Assembly (NCBI GenBank): GCA_965216755.1
Contig: CBDCGL010000011.1
Coordinates: forward strand, 4,032,001 to 4,096,000
Reading direction: 5' to 3'
Length of the DNA stretch: 64,000 nucleotides
Origin: Alphaproteobacteria bacterium
GTDB lineage: Bacteria; Pseudomonadota; Alphaproteobacteria; UBA7887
Shown here: in pieces, positions 33,552-43,422 of the stretch
Layout: each line of letters begins with the position of its first letter
How positions within the stretch are numbered: the stretch's first letter is position 1
The notes under the pieces: generated by a model
The model's database searches: none
The model's input: only the letters and a program-made list of their open reading frames with translations
What the model was told of the DNA's origin: nothing
Translations under genes and position numbers: made by a program

Positions 33552-34844
33552 ATGGGGGCTCGGGCTGAAATTGTAGCACCTGTCGGCTTGTGGCCGACCT
33601 TGCGCGCGCTGGGGCCGGGCCTGGTCGTCGCACTGACTTGGCTGGGCGCGGGCGACTTGGTCGATTCCGCGGTTGCCGGCGGCAACTACGGCTATAGCCT
33701 AATGTGGGCAATGGTCGCCGCCTTGGTTGTCCGGTTTTTCTTCGTCTCGATCATTGCTAAATATCAGCTGTGCAACCAGCATGGCGAAAGCATTCTGTCG
33801 GGTCTTAAGCGTCTACATCCATGGCTGCCGATTTTTGTCGGCGCGGTGGCGCTATTCTTCGGCCATTTCTATGGCTCATATATGGTCAAGGGTGTCGGTG
33901 AGGCGACAACCAAGTTGCTTGGTTTCGGTGCACCGCTGCTATGGTCGACTGTTTGGGTCATTGTGGCAGCCGCCCTGCTTTTTCGTGGCGCGTTTCGGCC
34001 CATCGAGCGACTGTTTCACGTCTTCTTGGCAATCCTGGTCGCATCGCTGGTGGGCGTGGCGATTTGGGCCGGGACCGATCCCGTTGCTATTGGTCGGGGT
34101 GTCTTATTTTTCGACGTTCCCGAGCAAAACGGTCCGTACACGGCTGTGCTCGTCGTCGTGTCGCTGATCGGCGCGGTTGGCGGTTCGATCGCCAACCTAC
34201 TCTATCCGTATTTCCTGCAGCAAAAGGGCTGGCAGGGCCCCCGGTTCCGCCGATTACAACTGCTTGACTTGGCGCTCGGCACGATTGTTCTCGTGTTTCT
34301 CAATTTGTCGGTGTGGACAATCGGCGCCGAAATCCTTCACCCGCGTGGCGTCGTCATCGCCAGCTTGGATGACCTCACCAGCCTATTGACTCTGACATTG
34401 GGCGATTGGGGTGGACCCATATTCTATCTGGGCGTGTTTGCCGCGCTCTATAGCTCGGTGATTGGGGCGGCAATCGGCTACGGTTATCTGTGTACGGATG
34501 TGGTCGCGGTGCATCGCGCACCCGCGGCGGTGCGTGCCGAGCGGCTGAATGTTGGCAACTCACGCGTATATCGCGCTGTTGCCGCGTGGTGTTTGTTCTC
34601 GCCGCTGGTTTGGAGCCTGCCCGGCATGCCTGGGTTCATTACTTTGACGGTGGTTGCCAACGCTGCCGCTGTGATCGTGTTGCCGATCCTGTGCGTGAGC
34701 TTGTGGCTTTTGACCTCGCGCGCGGCTTTTATCGGCCGCGACTACCGCAACACAATGTGGGATAATGCGGTTATGGCTGGGCTGTTCCTTTTATCGGTTT
34801 GGGGCGCCTGGCAGTCGGCTGTGGCGATCGTGGACATGATCTGA
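33552..34844 (+). CDS. NRAMP/APC-fold secondary transporter, divergent
   Basis: LGPGLVVA..WLGAGD, GGNYGYSLMW, about 11 hydrophobic segments. Lacks DPGN. Confidence 0.8.
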   Translation: MGARAEIVAPVGLWPTLRALGPGLVVALTWLGAGDLVDSAVAGGNYGYSLMWAMVAALVVRFFFVSIIAKYQLCNQHGESILSGLKRLHPWLPIFVGAVALFFGHFYGSYMVKGVGEATTKLLGFGAPLLWSTVWVIVAAALLFRGAFRPIERLFHVFLAILVASLVGVAIWAGTDPVAIGRGVLFFDVPEQNGPYTAVLVVVSLIGAVGGSIANLLYPYFLQQKGWQGPRFRRLQLLDLALGTIVLVFLNLSVWTIGAEILHPRGVVIASLDDLTSLLTLTLGDWGGPIFYLGVFAALYSSVIGAAIGYGYLCTDVVAVHRAPAAVRAERLNVGNSRVYRAVAAWCLFSPLVWSLPGMPGFITLTVVANAAAVIVLPILCVSLWLLTSRAAFIGRDYRNTMWDNAVMAGLFLLSVWGAWQSAVAIVDMI

Positions 34845-34955
34845 CGATGGAAACCCACGGCCGTCCTCGCTTACGGTGAAGCGCAAACCACGCCGCGGTC
34901 GGTTCCGGTCACCATTGCTGTGCGGGCTCAGGGCGGGAATGACAGGGAGGATGCC

Positions 34956-36080
34956 ATGAGCCGTTCCACAGGTATGTCTAAAGCCTCGCCGACAGCCAAA
35001 TCGCGGCGCGGATTTCTCAAAGGTGCCGTTGCCGGTACCGCGGCGGCCAGCACGCTGGCGGCGCCGGCGATCGCCGCCGATAAGATTAGCTGGAAGTTGA
35101 TCACCACCTGGCCAAAGAACTTTCCTGGCGTCGGGATTGCCGCGCAGCGTATCGCCGATCGCATTACCGCGATGTCAGACGGTCAATTGGAGGTGAAGCT
35201 GTTCGCCGCGGGCGAATTGGTTCCCGCTTTCGAGCTGTTTGACGCGGTCCGCGACGGTATCGCCCAATGTGGACATGACGCACCCTATTATTGGGTGGCG
35301 AAGCACAAGGCGGCGGCATTTTTTTGCACCGTGCCGGGCGGTCTGACGCCAACCGAGCAGATCGGCTGGATCCAACATGGTGGTGGACAGGCTTTGTGGG
35401 ACGAGCTTTACGGCCGGTTCGGTTTGCGCGCTTGGATGGCCGGCAATGCCGGCATGCAGTTCATGGGTTGGTTCAAGAACCAGATCAACTCACTAGCCGA
35501 TCTGCAAGGGCTAAAGATCCGGATGGCTGGTTTGCACGCAGAGGTCTTTAACCGGCTCGGTGCCACGACGATCAATCTTCCCGGCGGTGAAGTGGTGCCG
35601 GCGCTTCAAACCGGCGTTATCGACGCCGCCGAATGGGGTGGACCATGGATGGATGTCGCATTCGGCATCCACAAGATTGTCAGGCATTGCTATGGCCCCA
35701 GCGCCCATGAACCCGGCGCGACGCTTTCGCTTGTGGTCAACCGAGAAGCCTATGATGAACTGCCGAAGCACTTGCAACGGATCGTCCAGCATGCGGCCGA
35801 GGTCCAGGTCATGGATACGCTTGGCGAATTCAACGCCTTTAACGCGTCGTCCTTGGAAACACTTGGCAGCGAATATGGTATTTCGCCCGCAGTTTTCCCT
35901 GATGATGTGCTGAATGCTTGGTTCGAAAAAAGCGCCGAAGTTGTCGCGGAAGCAGCCGAACAGGATGATCTGGCCAAGCGCATTTTTGACAGCTGGTCCC
36001 AGTATCGACAGCGGGCCATGGCGCTTGCGCCCTATGCCGACTACGGGTTTATGCAGGCTCGCCAACGCGCCGACGCATAG
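34956..36080 (+). CDS. TRAP transporter solute-binding protein (TakP-like), Tat-exported
   Basis: SRRGFLK, TTWPKNFPG, GELVPAF, MGWF, GLKIR, DAAEW. Confidence 0.9.
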   Translation: MSRSTGMSKASPTAKSRRGFLKGAVAGTAAASTLAAPAIAADKISWKLITTWPKNFPGVGIAAQRIADRITAMSDGQLEVKLFAAGELVPAFELFDAVRDGIAQCGHDAPYYWVAKHKAAAFFCTVPGGLTPTEQIGWIQHGGGQALWDELYGRFGLRAWMAGNAGMQFMGWFKNQINSLADLQGLKIRMAGLHAEVFNRLGATTINLPGGEVVPALQTGVIDAAEWGGPWMDVAFGIHKIVRHCYGPSAHEPGATLSLVVNREAYDELPKHLQRIVQHAAEVQVMDTLGEFNAFNASSLETLGSEYGISPAVFPDDVLNAWFEKSAEVVAEAAEQDDLAKRIFDSWSQYRQRAMALAPYADYGFMQARQRADA

Positions 36081-36118
36081 TGCACGTCCCTGAAACGCGC
36101 TTATCTCTGCCATTTGTA

Positions 36119-36146
36119 TGAATAGGACTATTCACTCTGCGTTAAG
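36119..36146. promoter_or_regulatory. Palindrome with overlapping CtrA-like site upstream of the chemoreceptor
   Basis: TGAATAG-GA-CTATTCA overlapping TTCA-N7-TTAA (one mismatch to TTAA-N7-TTAA). Confidence 0.35.
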
Positions 36147-36217
36147 CGTAACCCCATATCGTATGTGGCAATCCAGGGGCGGCGATGCGCTCCCAATGCA
36201 GCGGTGAACTGGTCTCC

Positions 36218-37570
36218 ATGACAAACGATACAAGCTTGGCGGAACGCCTAGATTTTCTCGCGCTCGACGAAAAACAAATCCAACATATCCGGGCCGTGCA
36301 ATCAGAAGTTGCCGCGGCGCTTCCGGGCGTTCTGGAAAAATTCTATCAACATATCTCGCGATATGCCCATACGTCGTCCTTCTTTGATGATTCCGGGCAT
36401 ATGGCGTCGGCGAAGCAGGCGCAGATCACGCATTGGTCGCGTATTGCCGCCGGCGCCTTCGACAGCCAATACGAATCGTCGGTGTTGGCGATCGGCAAAA
36501 CGCACAATCGGATCAAGCTTGAACCCCGCTGGTACATAGGTGGCTACGCCCATATCACCGCCGATTTGCTGTCGGCCCTTGCGGATCGCATGCTGGACGA
36601 CGCGGCGATCGACCCGGAACAGCTGGCGGCCTATAAGGGCACGATTGGGGCGCTTGTCAAAGCCGTGTTTCTGGACATGGATCTGGCAATTTCCACTTAC
36701 TTGGCCGACGAGAAAGTTGAATTTGCCGGAAAAATGGAACGTCTGACGGATCATTTTGATGCCAACATATCCGAGTTCATCAAGGACGTCGGCGGCGCGT
36801 CAGAATCGCTGAGCACAACAAGTGAAAGCTTGGCCGGGCTGGCACAAACCGGCTTGGATCAGGCCGAGACGCTGGCGGGTGCTGCCGAAACAGCCGCGAC
36901 GAACGTAAATGCGGTCGCGTCGGCGGCCGAAGAAATGTCGGCTTCGATGAACGAGATCAACGTTCAAGTCACGAAATCGAACGAAATTGCGCGCGATGCG
37001 GTGGATAAGTCAGAGATGGCGTCAGAGGCCATTTCGAACCTGCAAGATAACGCGGAAAAGATCGACGAAGTCATAACCCTCATTCAAACGATCTCCGAGC
37101 AGACCAATCTTCTCGCCCTGAACGCAACGATCGAGGCGGCACGCGCTGGTGAAGCCGGTAAAGGTTTTGCCGTCGTCGCGCAGGAAGTGAAGAACCTTGC
37201 ATCGCAGGCGCGCAATGCAACGTCTGATATTTCCGGTCAGATCAACGCAACACGCGACGCCATATTGTCGTCGGTTGAAATCATTGCCGATGTCCGTAGT
37301 ACCATTAAGAACATCGAAGAGGCGTCTTTGACGATCTCATCGGCGATGGAAGAGCAAGGGGCCGCGATCCAGGAAATCGTCAGCAGTACCCATAACGCCG
37401 CACAAAGCGCCAATGAGGTTTCGTCGACGGCAACAGCGATGTCTGAAAACTCGAACACAACGCAGTCGACATCCGAAATCGTTCGTACGGCAGCGCAAGA
37501 CTTGGCCGGTAAGAATTTGCAAATGCGCGGCGAGGTTGAAACTTTCTTGGCAAACGCCAAAACAATGTAA
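36218..37570 (+). CDS. Globin-coupled methyl-accepting chemotaxis protein (HemAT-like)
   Basis: Sensor globin ([25 protein letters not shown]), MCP tip [27 protein letters not shown], no TM helix. Confidence 0.92.
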   Translation: MTNDTSLAERLDFLALDEKQIQHIRAVQSEVAAALPGVLEKFYQHISRYAHTSSFFDDSGHMASAKQAQITHWSRIAAGAFDSQYESSVLAIGKTHNRIKLEPRWYIGGYAHITADLLSALADRMLDDAAIDPEQLAAYKGTIGALVKAVFLDMDLAISTYLADEKVEFAGKMERLTDHFDANISEFIKDVGGASESLSTTSESLAGLAQTGLDQAETLAGAAETAATNVNAVASAAEEMSASMNEINVQVTKSNEIARDAVDKSEMASEAISNLQDNAEKIDEVITLIQTISEQTNLLALNATIEAARAGEAGKGFAVVAQEVKNLASQARNATSDISGQINATRDAILSSVEIIADVRSTIKNIEEASLTISSAMEEQGAAIQEIVSSTHNAAQSANEVSSTATAMSENSNTTQSTSEIVRTAAQDLAGKNLQMRGEVETFLANAKTM

Positions 37571-37586
37571 ATAAGGGAGCTGGCTT

Positions 37587-37943
37587 ATGACCAAGCGATG
37601 CCTGATAGTCGACGATGTGGAAGTGAGCCGCTTCACGGGCCGCATGTATCTTGAAGAACTCGGTTACGCGGTCGACGAGGCGTCAGACGGCGCCGGCGCC
37701 CGCGCGATGTGGTCGCGCAACACATATGATGTTGTCTTGTTGGACTGGAATCTCAAAAAACGAAAAAGCGACGGCCTTTTGGAAGAGCTTAAGACATCCA
37801 GTCACGGTGCCGGGACCCGCGTCATCGTGTTTTCCGGTGTCGAGGAAGGCGAGGCCATCGCTGAGATAAAACGCCTGGGCGCCGACGGTTTTCTGTCAAA
37901 ACCGACGACGAAGGAAAAGCTTGTGCAGCAGCTCAACGGCTGA
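37587..37943 (+). CDS. Single-domain CheY-like response regulator
   Basis: LIVDD, LLDW, FSG, SKP. GGGAG RBS. Confidence 0.88.
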   Translation: MTKRCLIVDDVEVSRFTGRMYLEELGYAVDEASDGAGARAMWSRNTYDVVLLDWNLKKRKSDGLLEELKTSSHGAGTRVIVFSGVEEGEAIAEIKRLGADGFLSKPTTKEKLVQQLNG

Positions 37944-38023
37944 CGTCGGCCGCTTGGAACGGGTCCGGGTCATGTGCGCCTGGGCCCGAGCGCACGAACT
38001 ATTCGCGACAGCAAGCGCCGCCA

Positions 38024-40819
38024 TTAGGCGGCGTATTTTTGTAAGACATCTTTGACGGCGTCATACGCGTCGGGGAACGACGCGTAAACTTTTCTCGCTG
38101 TGGCCGAATCTTGTGTTTTGCCGGCATGCTCCATCTCTTTTGCCATGGCAGATAATGCCTCGGCACCGGCTTGTGCAGCCACTGATTTGAGTGCGTGGGC
38201 ATGCTCGGCCAGAGATTCGAGGTCGTCGTCGGCCATGGATGCTTCTATGCCCGCGAAGAACTCGTCCATGTTTGCCAATGTCAATGCGGCAAATTTTTGT
38301 GCTTTGTCGGGAGCATTCTCTTTAAGACCGTCTAGGAATGCTGTGTCGACAGCGTTTGTCGGCGCACCAGACGCGATTGGTGTTTCGGGCGCGCATGGTT
38401 TGCTACGCGGAGAACCAGCTGTCAGATGTTTGCGTAGGATTGTCTGTAGAGCGATTGGGTCGACCGGTTTGGCGGCAAAGTCATTCATGCCGGCGGCCAA
38501 GCAATTGTGCCTGTCTGTTTCGGATGCGTTAGCCGTCAGTGCGACGATCGGTGTCGTCGGGTCGGACGCGCGAATCTTGCGGGTTGCCGCGAGGCCATCC
38601 ATCACGGGCATGCGCATATCCATAAGCACCAAATCAAAGCTGGTGGACAAGACCATGTCGCAGGCTTCCGCACCGTTGCTTGCCTGGACAACCGAACAGC
38701 CCATGCGCTCCAACATGTCCGTGATAATGAACCGGTTGACTTCGATGTCTTCCACGACCAAGACACGGCCTGAAAATGATCCGTCGGCGCGCGTTTCATT
38801 TGGTGTTGGCACCGTGGCCGCATAGTCGGTTTCGCTGACAATAGGCAGCGTTAACGTATACCAGAACGTACTACCTTCGCCGGGCGAACTGCAAAAGTCG
38901 ATCCGGCCGCCCATGGACTCGACGAGCGATTTGCAGATGGCGAGGCCCAAACCGCTGCCACCGTCGGCGTGCAGCGTATTGGTATTGGCCTGCATGAATT
39001 CTTGGAACACGATGCCGTGCTGGTCGGTCGGGATGCCGATGCCGGTATCGGCAACGCGGCAGATCAGGGTGACGTTATTCTTGTCCCTAGGATTCGCCGT
39101 TACCGACACCGCGACCGTGCCGTGTTCGGTGAACTTTATGGCGTTGGCGACGAGATTGCTGGTGACTTGCCGAATTCGGTTGCGGTCGCCACAAACATAG
39201 GCGGGCAGCTGTTTATCCAAATCGATCGTTAGATCCAGATTTTTGTGCGCCGCCTGTGCGTGATGGAGGTTGTATACACGATCGAATAGTTCGAACAATG
39301 GGAATGGCGTGGCGGTGGTTTTGAACTTGCCCGCCTCGATTCGCGAAATATCCAGAATGTCGTTGAGTAGGACCAGAAGGTTTTCGCCCGACTCTTTCAT
39401 TGTCGCGACATAGCCTTGTTGCTTCGTGTCAAGGTCAGTCTTGCGTATCAAATGCGCCGTGCCAATGATGCCATTCAAAGGCGTTCGGATTTCGTGGCTC
39501 ATATTGGCCAAAAATGAGTCTTTGGCCCGTGACGCCTGCCGTGCCCGATCGCGCTCGCGTGTCAGCTCGCGTTCATGCTCTTTGATAGTTGTCATCATGC
39601 GGCGCAGTGCGCGCGCCAGGGCGCCGATCTCATCTCTGCGTTTTGTCGGTAGCATCGGACTGATTTCGCCGTCGCCGAAGCCCGTGACGGCGCCGATGAT
39701 CAAATTCAGGGGCCGCGTGAGCAGGAGGGCGACAACAATTGCCAATGCGATGCCGAGCGAGGTCAGGGCGGCGGTGATCGCGAACGCGGCGTTGCGCAAT
39801 TCGTAGAGCGCTGCGAACGCTTCCTTTTTTGTCGTCGCGTGAATGACGTTCAAGTGGCTTTGCGGCTGTTCGGGGTCATAGCGGATGCGCCAAGCTTCCA
39901 GGAAATTGTTCTCTTGCTGGAGGGTGGCGCTGTCGCTGCCGCCAATCCCGAACACGTCGAGAGCATTTTGCCTTACGAACGTGTTAAGAGATGGAAACCG
40001 ATCTTGGATGCGAATTTTTTGGCCGTATTCGAAGGCAAACCGTAGGCTTTTGTTGCTGTGATACAGAAAATCGCCGTTACTGTTGGTCACATAAACTTTG
40101 CCGCGCCCGAGTGACGATTGCCCCAGCCGCTCCAGGGTCTCGGCCATGCCGACATTGATGACCACAATTCCTTCGACTTTGCCCGTGTCGGCAAAGATCG
40201 GGATGCCACCCCGCAGCACTGGCTGGTGTGGCAGTGCGATTTGGCCAAACTCGCGGTTGAGGTTGATTTCAGAAAAATAGATCTGTCCCGGATGCAGCCG
40301 CACCGTTTCTTTGAAATAGGGTCGGTTCGCCTTTCTCTGCAGAAGCTTGTGCGGCTGGATCCGGACGGGCCCATTCTCGTGTGACCTTTCGACCCGTACC
40401 AACTCGCGACCGCCGTCTCGGGCGCTGATCAAGCGTACTTGCAGATAGGATGGTTTGGTCTCTAGAAACCGGCGAAAGATCTGAGTCAGCTGCGGTTGCG
40501 ATTGTACGTCAAACTGCGCATGCGGGGCGTCATTGTCCGCGCCATCCTCCGCCTCAAAACCTGTGAGAGCCGGCAGGCTGGCGAGAAAATTCAGATCGCG
40601 ACGAAGTTCGGTCATGCTCGACTGAAACGCAAATTGTTCGCGCAACACGCTTTGCGATCCGGCATGGACATATTGATCGACAATGCGAGAGCTGTTGGTG
40701 TAGACGCCGAGGCCAACACTCGCACCAGTTAGTAGGATCGCCAATGCGGCGACCATAATGATCTTAATAGTAAGTCCGCTTAGAGGCGGCTGTTTGATTG
40801 GCGTCGGCGATTCAGCCAC
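38024..40819 (-). CDS. Hybrid sensor kinase (Cache-like, HAMP, HisKA, HATPase, REC, Hpt)
   Basis: Two TM helices, SHEIRTPLNG, NAIKFT, GSGLGL, MDMRMP, Hpt AHALKS. Confidence 0.92.
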   Translation of the reverse strand: MAESPTPIKQPPLSGLTIKIIMVAALAILLTGASVGLGVYTNSSRIVDQYVHAGSQSVLREQFAFQSSMTELRRDLNFLASLPALTGFEAEDGADNDAPHAQFDVQSQPQLTQIFRRFLETKPSYLQVRLISARDGGRELVRVERSHENGPVRIQPHKLLQRKANRPYFKETVRLHPGQIYFSEINLNREFGQIALPHQPVLRGGIPIFADTGKVEGIVVINVGMAETLERLGQSSLGRGKVYVTNSNGDFLYHSNKSLRFAFEYGQKIRIQDRFPSLNTFVRQNALDVFGIGGSDSATLQQENNFLEAWRIRYDPEQPQSHLNVIHATTKKEAFAALYELRNAAFAITAALTSLGIALAIVVALLLTRPLNLIIGAVTGFGDGEISPMLPTKRRDEIGALARALRRMMTTIKEHERELTRERDRARQASRAKDSFLANMSHEIRTPLNGIIGTAHLIRKTDLDTKQQGYVATMKESGENLLVLLNDILDISRIEAGKFKTTATPFPLFELFDRVYNLHHAQAAHKNLDLTIDLDKQLPAYVCGDRNRIRQVTSNLVANAIKFTEHGTVAVSVTANPRDKNNVTLICRVADTGIGIPTDQHGIVFQEFMQANTNTLHADGGSGLGLAICKSLVESMGGRIDFCSSPGEGSTFWYTLTLPIVSETDYAATVPTPNETRADGSFSGRVLVVEDIEVNRFIITDMLERMGCSVVQASNGAEACDMVLSTSFDLVLMDMRMPVMDGLAATRKIRASDPTTPIVALTANASETDRHNCLAAGMNDFAAKPVDPIALQTILRKHLTAGSPRSKPCAPETPIASGAPTNAVDTAFLDGLKENAPDKAQKFAALTLANMDEFFAGIEASMADDDLESLAEHAHALKSVAAQAGAEALSAMAKEMEHAGKTQDSATARKVYASFPDAYDAVKDVLQKYAA

Positions 40820-40905
40820 GACCCGATCACTCCAACAAACTGCTCGGTTTTTTCAAGCAGATATGCTGGCAGGAATTTGCTAAGATCGGGTTAGGGTTGG
40901 CGGCA

Positions 40906-41903
40906 TCAAAGGGCCAGAACCGAAGCCACCAGCGGCATGCCGGAACCGAGCGCGTTCCACTCGGCGTTGGCACCGACCCGCCACAACTCGCCGGTGTCGG
41001 TCCCGACGATAACACCGCCCGGAATATCGGGATCAGGCGCGAGTCCATGGAAATTGGCCCGCGACGGCGTGTGCGCGGGATCGCAGAGCGAATGCCAGGT
41101 GGCGCAATCGTCATTGGATCGGAACAGCATCGCTTGCGCGCCACTTTCGTCATCAAACTTTGCGAACGCCGACGGTGCGCTCGCCACCGTGACGCCGTGC
41201 GGCGGGCGTGGATCGACACATAGTGGTCGCGTGTAACGCGGCGTTATCCCTGTCCACACATATGACCAGGTTTTGCCGTGATCGCCCGATCGATAGAGGC
41301 CGGCATTACCCTCGGTCCGTTCGGCCTCGCCGAACAGACGGCCATAGCCAGTCGAGGCGTACAAGATCTCCGGTCGTGATGGATGGGCGAACATCATATG
41401 CAAATCCGGGTTGCCGCCCGGTACGTCGAGCTGCCAGGAATTGCCGGCGTCGATTGATTGCATGATCCCGCCCACTTCGACGCCAACCCAAAGGCGGCGC
41501 GGGTCGTCGCGGTCGATAATCAGGGCACGCGCGCGCGCTTCGCGGCGGGGTGTAACCGGCAGACACCAGTCCGTCGCCGCGGGGTATTGGCTGAACGAAG
41601 TGACTTCGCGCCAGCTGGTGCAAAATCGGTGCTTTGGAACAGGCCGGCGGGCTGGGTCGCGGCGTAGAGGGTGCCGTCGCGTCCGCCCCGGATCTGCCAC
41701 ACTTCTCGATCGTCCAGGCCCGCCGTGGACCAGTTATCGCCGCTGTCATCCGTGATAAAGAGACCCGTGTCAGTGCCGGCGAAAATCCGGCCGTCGGAAC
41801 GAACAAGATCGCGCACGCAGCGGCTTTCCAATACGCGGCGCGTGCCTTGAGCATCCACCGCGTAGACGCCTTCGCTGGTTCCCGCAAGGATCGTCATGGT
41901 CAT
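40906..41903 (-). pseudogene. BNR/WD40-like beta-propeller gene split by a frameshift near 41620
   Basis: Asp-box repeats (TDDSGDNW, SIDAGNSW, SGDHGKTW) lie in two frames. The junction TTT-GC-ACC-AGC-TGG lacks one base. Confidence 0.75.
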
Positions 41904-42099
41904 CTCCGTTCCGCGCGGCAAGGTTTCTGTGCGCCGCATAATCGTACCGCATCAGACGACAAGGGTGCGAACTTTCGCCACCCCGCTTCCGCTTTCGAGG
42001 TCCCGCCGGAAGGATATCCATCCTAGAACATTGCCATTTACAAGAAAAACTGAAATAGTCACGCCAACTATTATTGGGGTTGACAAACTCAAGAGCAAC

Positions 42100-42678
42100 A
42101 TGTCTGAAGTTCTGGCGGCATTACAGCGCGATCACATCAACATGGCGGCTTTACTCAATGTGCTTGACCGCCAGTTTGGCAACATCAGCCGGGCGGACGT
42201 GGTTGATTGGGAAGTCGTTGACCTGATTCTCGGCTATTTGGAACGCTACGCAGATCAATGTCATCATCCGACGGAAGATCTGATCTATGAAGCCTTGACC
42301 GAACGGCGGGTTGTGATTGGCGAATATATACGTGATCTCCGCGCCGATCATGCGGATTTGTCGCGTCTGACTCAAGAGTTGCATAACGCGGTTGCCGATG
42401 TCTCGCGCGGCTCCGTTTCCGCAGGTGATAATTTAGCGACGAGAGCTAACCGTTTTCTCAAAGTTTATCGTCGCCATATGGAACTTGAGGACACACTTCT
42501 TTTTCCGGCGGCGCGCGAGAAGCTAAGTGACCAGGATTGGGCCGATGTCGACGCGCGTGCCTTGGTGCGGGCGGAACCCGCTTTCGCAAAAAACGTCCAA
42601 GCCCGATTTCTAGCTTTACGGGATTACATCCATACGCTGGAGCGAATCAACTTGGCGCAGGCCGCGGCGGCCGATTGA
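42100..42678 (+). CDS. Hemerythrin/HHE cation-binding protein
   Basis: DH, HHPTEDLI, DH, HMELEDTLLFP motifs. Confidence 0.88.
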   Translation: MSEVLAALQRDHINMAALLNVLDRQFGNISRADVVDWEVVDLILGYLERYADQCHHPTEDLIYEALTERRVVIGEYIRDLRADHADLSRLTQELHNAVADVSRGSVSAGDNLATRANRFLKVYRRHMELEDTLLFPAAREKLSDQDWADVDARALVRAEPAFAKNVQARFLALRDYIHTLERINLAQAAAAD

Positions 42679-42682
42679 AACC

Positions 42683-42806
42683 GGGATTCGGTGGATTCGG
42701 TGACAGTTTACCAAATACACACAATAACGTGCGCAAAACACATAGGTGCGCAAAAAGTAGTGTATTTAGTAAACTGTCACCGAATCCCACCGAATCCACC
42801 GAATCC
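42683..42806. mobile_element. Palindromic MITE/REP-like element
   Basis: 28-bp inverted arms (42693-42720 and 42760-42787, one mismatch) with tandem GGATTCGGT units at the outer ends. Confidence 0.7.
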
Positions 42807-42934
42807 TCAACGGAGTGCCGTGACTGCCACGCGTCGCCACGTTTTTTGGGGTTCGGGTATTGTTGCGTCGCGCTTTTGCTTGGTGGCGCGTTTCGACGGC
42901 GGTCAATTGAAGGCGTCGAGCGCTACATCCTAAA

Positions 42935-43397
42935 TTGAATCGGGCGCGGACTCAGTTCCGCAGACTGGCGAAATGGAACGAAAACGGCCCAACGGATGCG
43001 GCGGAGTCGCGCGTGTTCTTGACGCCGGCGCGCGCTTTTGTCGAGAGCCACCAGATCATGAACTTTCTCGTCTCCATCGAACCGTTTTCGCCATGCGGCG
43101 GAGACACTGCGTTCGGCATGCATGCGACTTGCCGATTGAGTCGCTGCCGGCGACCCCGCGCATTTCCACGCCGGCAACAACGATATTCAGTTCGGCGGCT
43201 ACCTCCATATGGGTGCCTGCCGCATGGCTTCGAACGACACCGATGGTGTGATCGGCGAAAACCTGACGGTCTTTGGCATCGGCAATTTGTACATCGCCGG
43301 CAGCAGCGTATTTCCGACATACGGACACGCCAACCCGACGCTGACCATCGTCCGGCTGGCGCTACGCTTGGCCACGCATTTGTGCCCGGCCGCATAG
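42935..43397 (+). pseudogene. GMC oxidoreductase remnant
   Basis: C-terminal HMGACRM..GV..NLYIAGSSVFPT.GHANPTLTIV. In-frame TGA at 43137 and no FAD-binding N-terminus. Confidence 0.75.
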
Positions 43398-43422
43398 GGC
43401 CGCTGGTCAAATTCAGTCGGTT

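Noticed and set aside
42080-42092. TTGAC-AAA-CTCAA as an FNR/FixK box before the hemerythrin
   Set aside because: Spacing is one base short of TTGAT-N4-ATCAA.
42683-42806. CRISPR interpretation of the repeats
   Set aside because: The repeats are inverted, there is no repeat-spacer array, and no cas genes are present.
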